Shown here one piece after another: positions 63,286-64,000 of a stretch of 64,000 nucleotides of DNA (positions are counted from its first letter, which is position 1; every line of letters begins with the position of its first letter). Location of the stretch: positions 1,024,001 to 1,088,000 of the forward strand of contig CAVRAL010000004.1 of NCBI GenBank assembly GCA_963719085.1. The letters are read 5' to 3'. Position numbers and translations under genes: made by a program. A model generated the notes under the pieces. The model ran no database searches. It saw only the letters and a list, made by a program, of their open reading frames with translations, and had not been told where the DNA came from. Source of the DNA: a candidate division FCPU426 bacterium. GTDB taxonomy: Bacteria; Oederibacteriota; Muellerivitia; Muellerivitales; Muellerivitaceae.

Positions 63286-64000
63286 GCGCGAAATGGACGA
63301 CGGATCAGGTCAATTACTTGAATATCGCCTTGATGGTTTTGGCCGCGGGGTTGGCTTTTCGGTTTCCTTTCGAACTGTTCCTGTTTTCCTACACGGTGTT
63401 GGGGCCCCTGCATTACTTGAGCGAAATTTCATGGCTGAAGGACCGCAATTATTACACCCAGGGAAAATACGATTACTTAGTTCTGGTTCTGGCGGGGGCC
63501 TTGGTGACGATATTAACCTTTCATTTTTTCGGCCCCTCACCCAAGCGATTGGCGGAGTTCGTGACCTGCGCGGTTTTTTTGGCGGCTTTTAGCTTCGCTT
63601 TTTTCAAGAAGCCTTTCACCCGCTTGGGCGCCTTGTTCCCGGTTTTGGGCCTGTCCGCGCTTTTGTCCCTGGGTTCTTTTTTTGTCCCGCTGTTCGGCGT
63701 TTTTTTACCCACCCTGATCCATGTCTTTATCTTTACGGGATTATTTTTACTGGCGGGCGCTTTGAGGGGGAAAAGCTTTTCGGGTTTTTTGTCCCTGGGT
63801 GTTTTTTTGAGTTTGGCCGCGGTTCTTCTTTTTTTCCATACCGGGGTGGGCCATTCCCCAGTTAGCGCCTATGCCCGGGATAATTATGGCACTTTTAACC
63901 CCGATGGCACGCCGACCAACCCCTTTATCGGGCTTAATTTCGTCACCCTTGAAGCCCTGGGGTTCCATCAGTTCGGAAGCCCCTCGGGGTCTCTGAGTGA
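63282..64000 (+). CDS. Multi-pass membrane protein, 3'-truncated by the window edge (absent from the ORF track)
   Basis: ATGA overlap with the deacetylase stop. Reads MSAKWTTDQVNYLN...LGPLHYLSEISWL...LPTLIHVFIFTG and stays open to the window end. Confidence 0.75.
   Translation, partial: MSAKWTTDQVNYLNIALMVLAAGLAFRFPFELFLFSYTVLGPLHYLSEISWLKDRNYYTQGKYDYLVLVLAGALVTILTFHFFGPSPKRLAEFVTCAVFLAAFSFAFFKKPFTRLGALFPVLGLSALLSLGSFFVPLFGVFLPTLIHVFIFTGLFLLAGALRGKSFSGFLSLGVFLSLAAVLLFFHTGVGHSPVSAYARDNYGTFNPDGTPTNPFIGLNFVTLEALGFHQFGSPSGSLS

Noticed and set aside
63293..63592. 99-aa + strand ORF in the track
   Set aside because: It is an alternative frame; the frame starting at ATG 63282 is translationally coupled, longer and membrane-protein-like.

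Overview
Moderately GC-rich window from a diderm bacterium; nearly all genes are on the + strand. I saw no rRNA, tRNA, CRISPR, transposase or integrase. (1) 1-30 kb: plant cell wall degradation locus with PL4, two GH30, a NodB/CE4-like deacetylase, PL1+malectin, GH28, GH8 and an orphan DUF11/FlgD protein. Most carry long (T/S)-X alternating linkers and a C-terminal domain resembling the type IX secretion type-A sorting signal. They are interleaved with two paralogous ~600-aa AraC regulators, an ECF sigma/anti-sigma pair, a PorV-like barrel+TPR protein and LacI. The two GH30 genes share 1326 bp of essentially identical 3' sequence. Every gene here ending in CGC-TGA is followed by a 66-68 bp structured repeat with compensatory base changes. 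(2) 30-36 kb: heme A/O and copper oxidase assembly genes. (3) 36-49.5 kb: serpin, TPM/NTase/PEBP/LemA, tatA-like, dinB preceded by palindromic tandem repeats, and a sigma-54 two-component system upstream of a type IV pilin. (4) 49.8-59 kb: HEAT-like protein and three tandem YfhO-like GT-C genes with homogenised, mosaic 3' ends. (5) 59-64 kb: sfsA, htpX, an outer-membrane barrel, ferredoxin, PilZ, an HDAC-family deacetylase and a truncated membrane protein. All family calls come from motif recognition by eye; no database searches were run.
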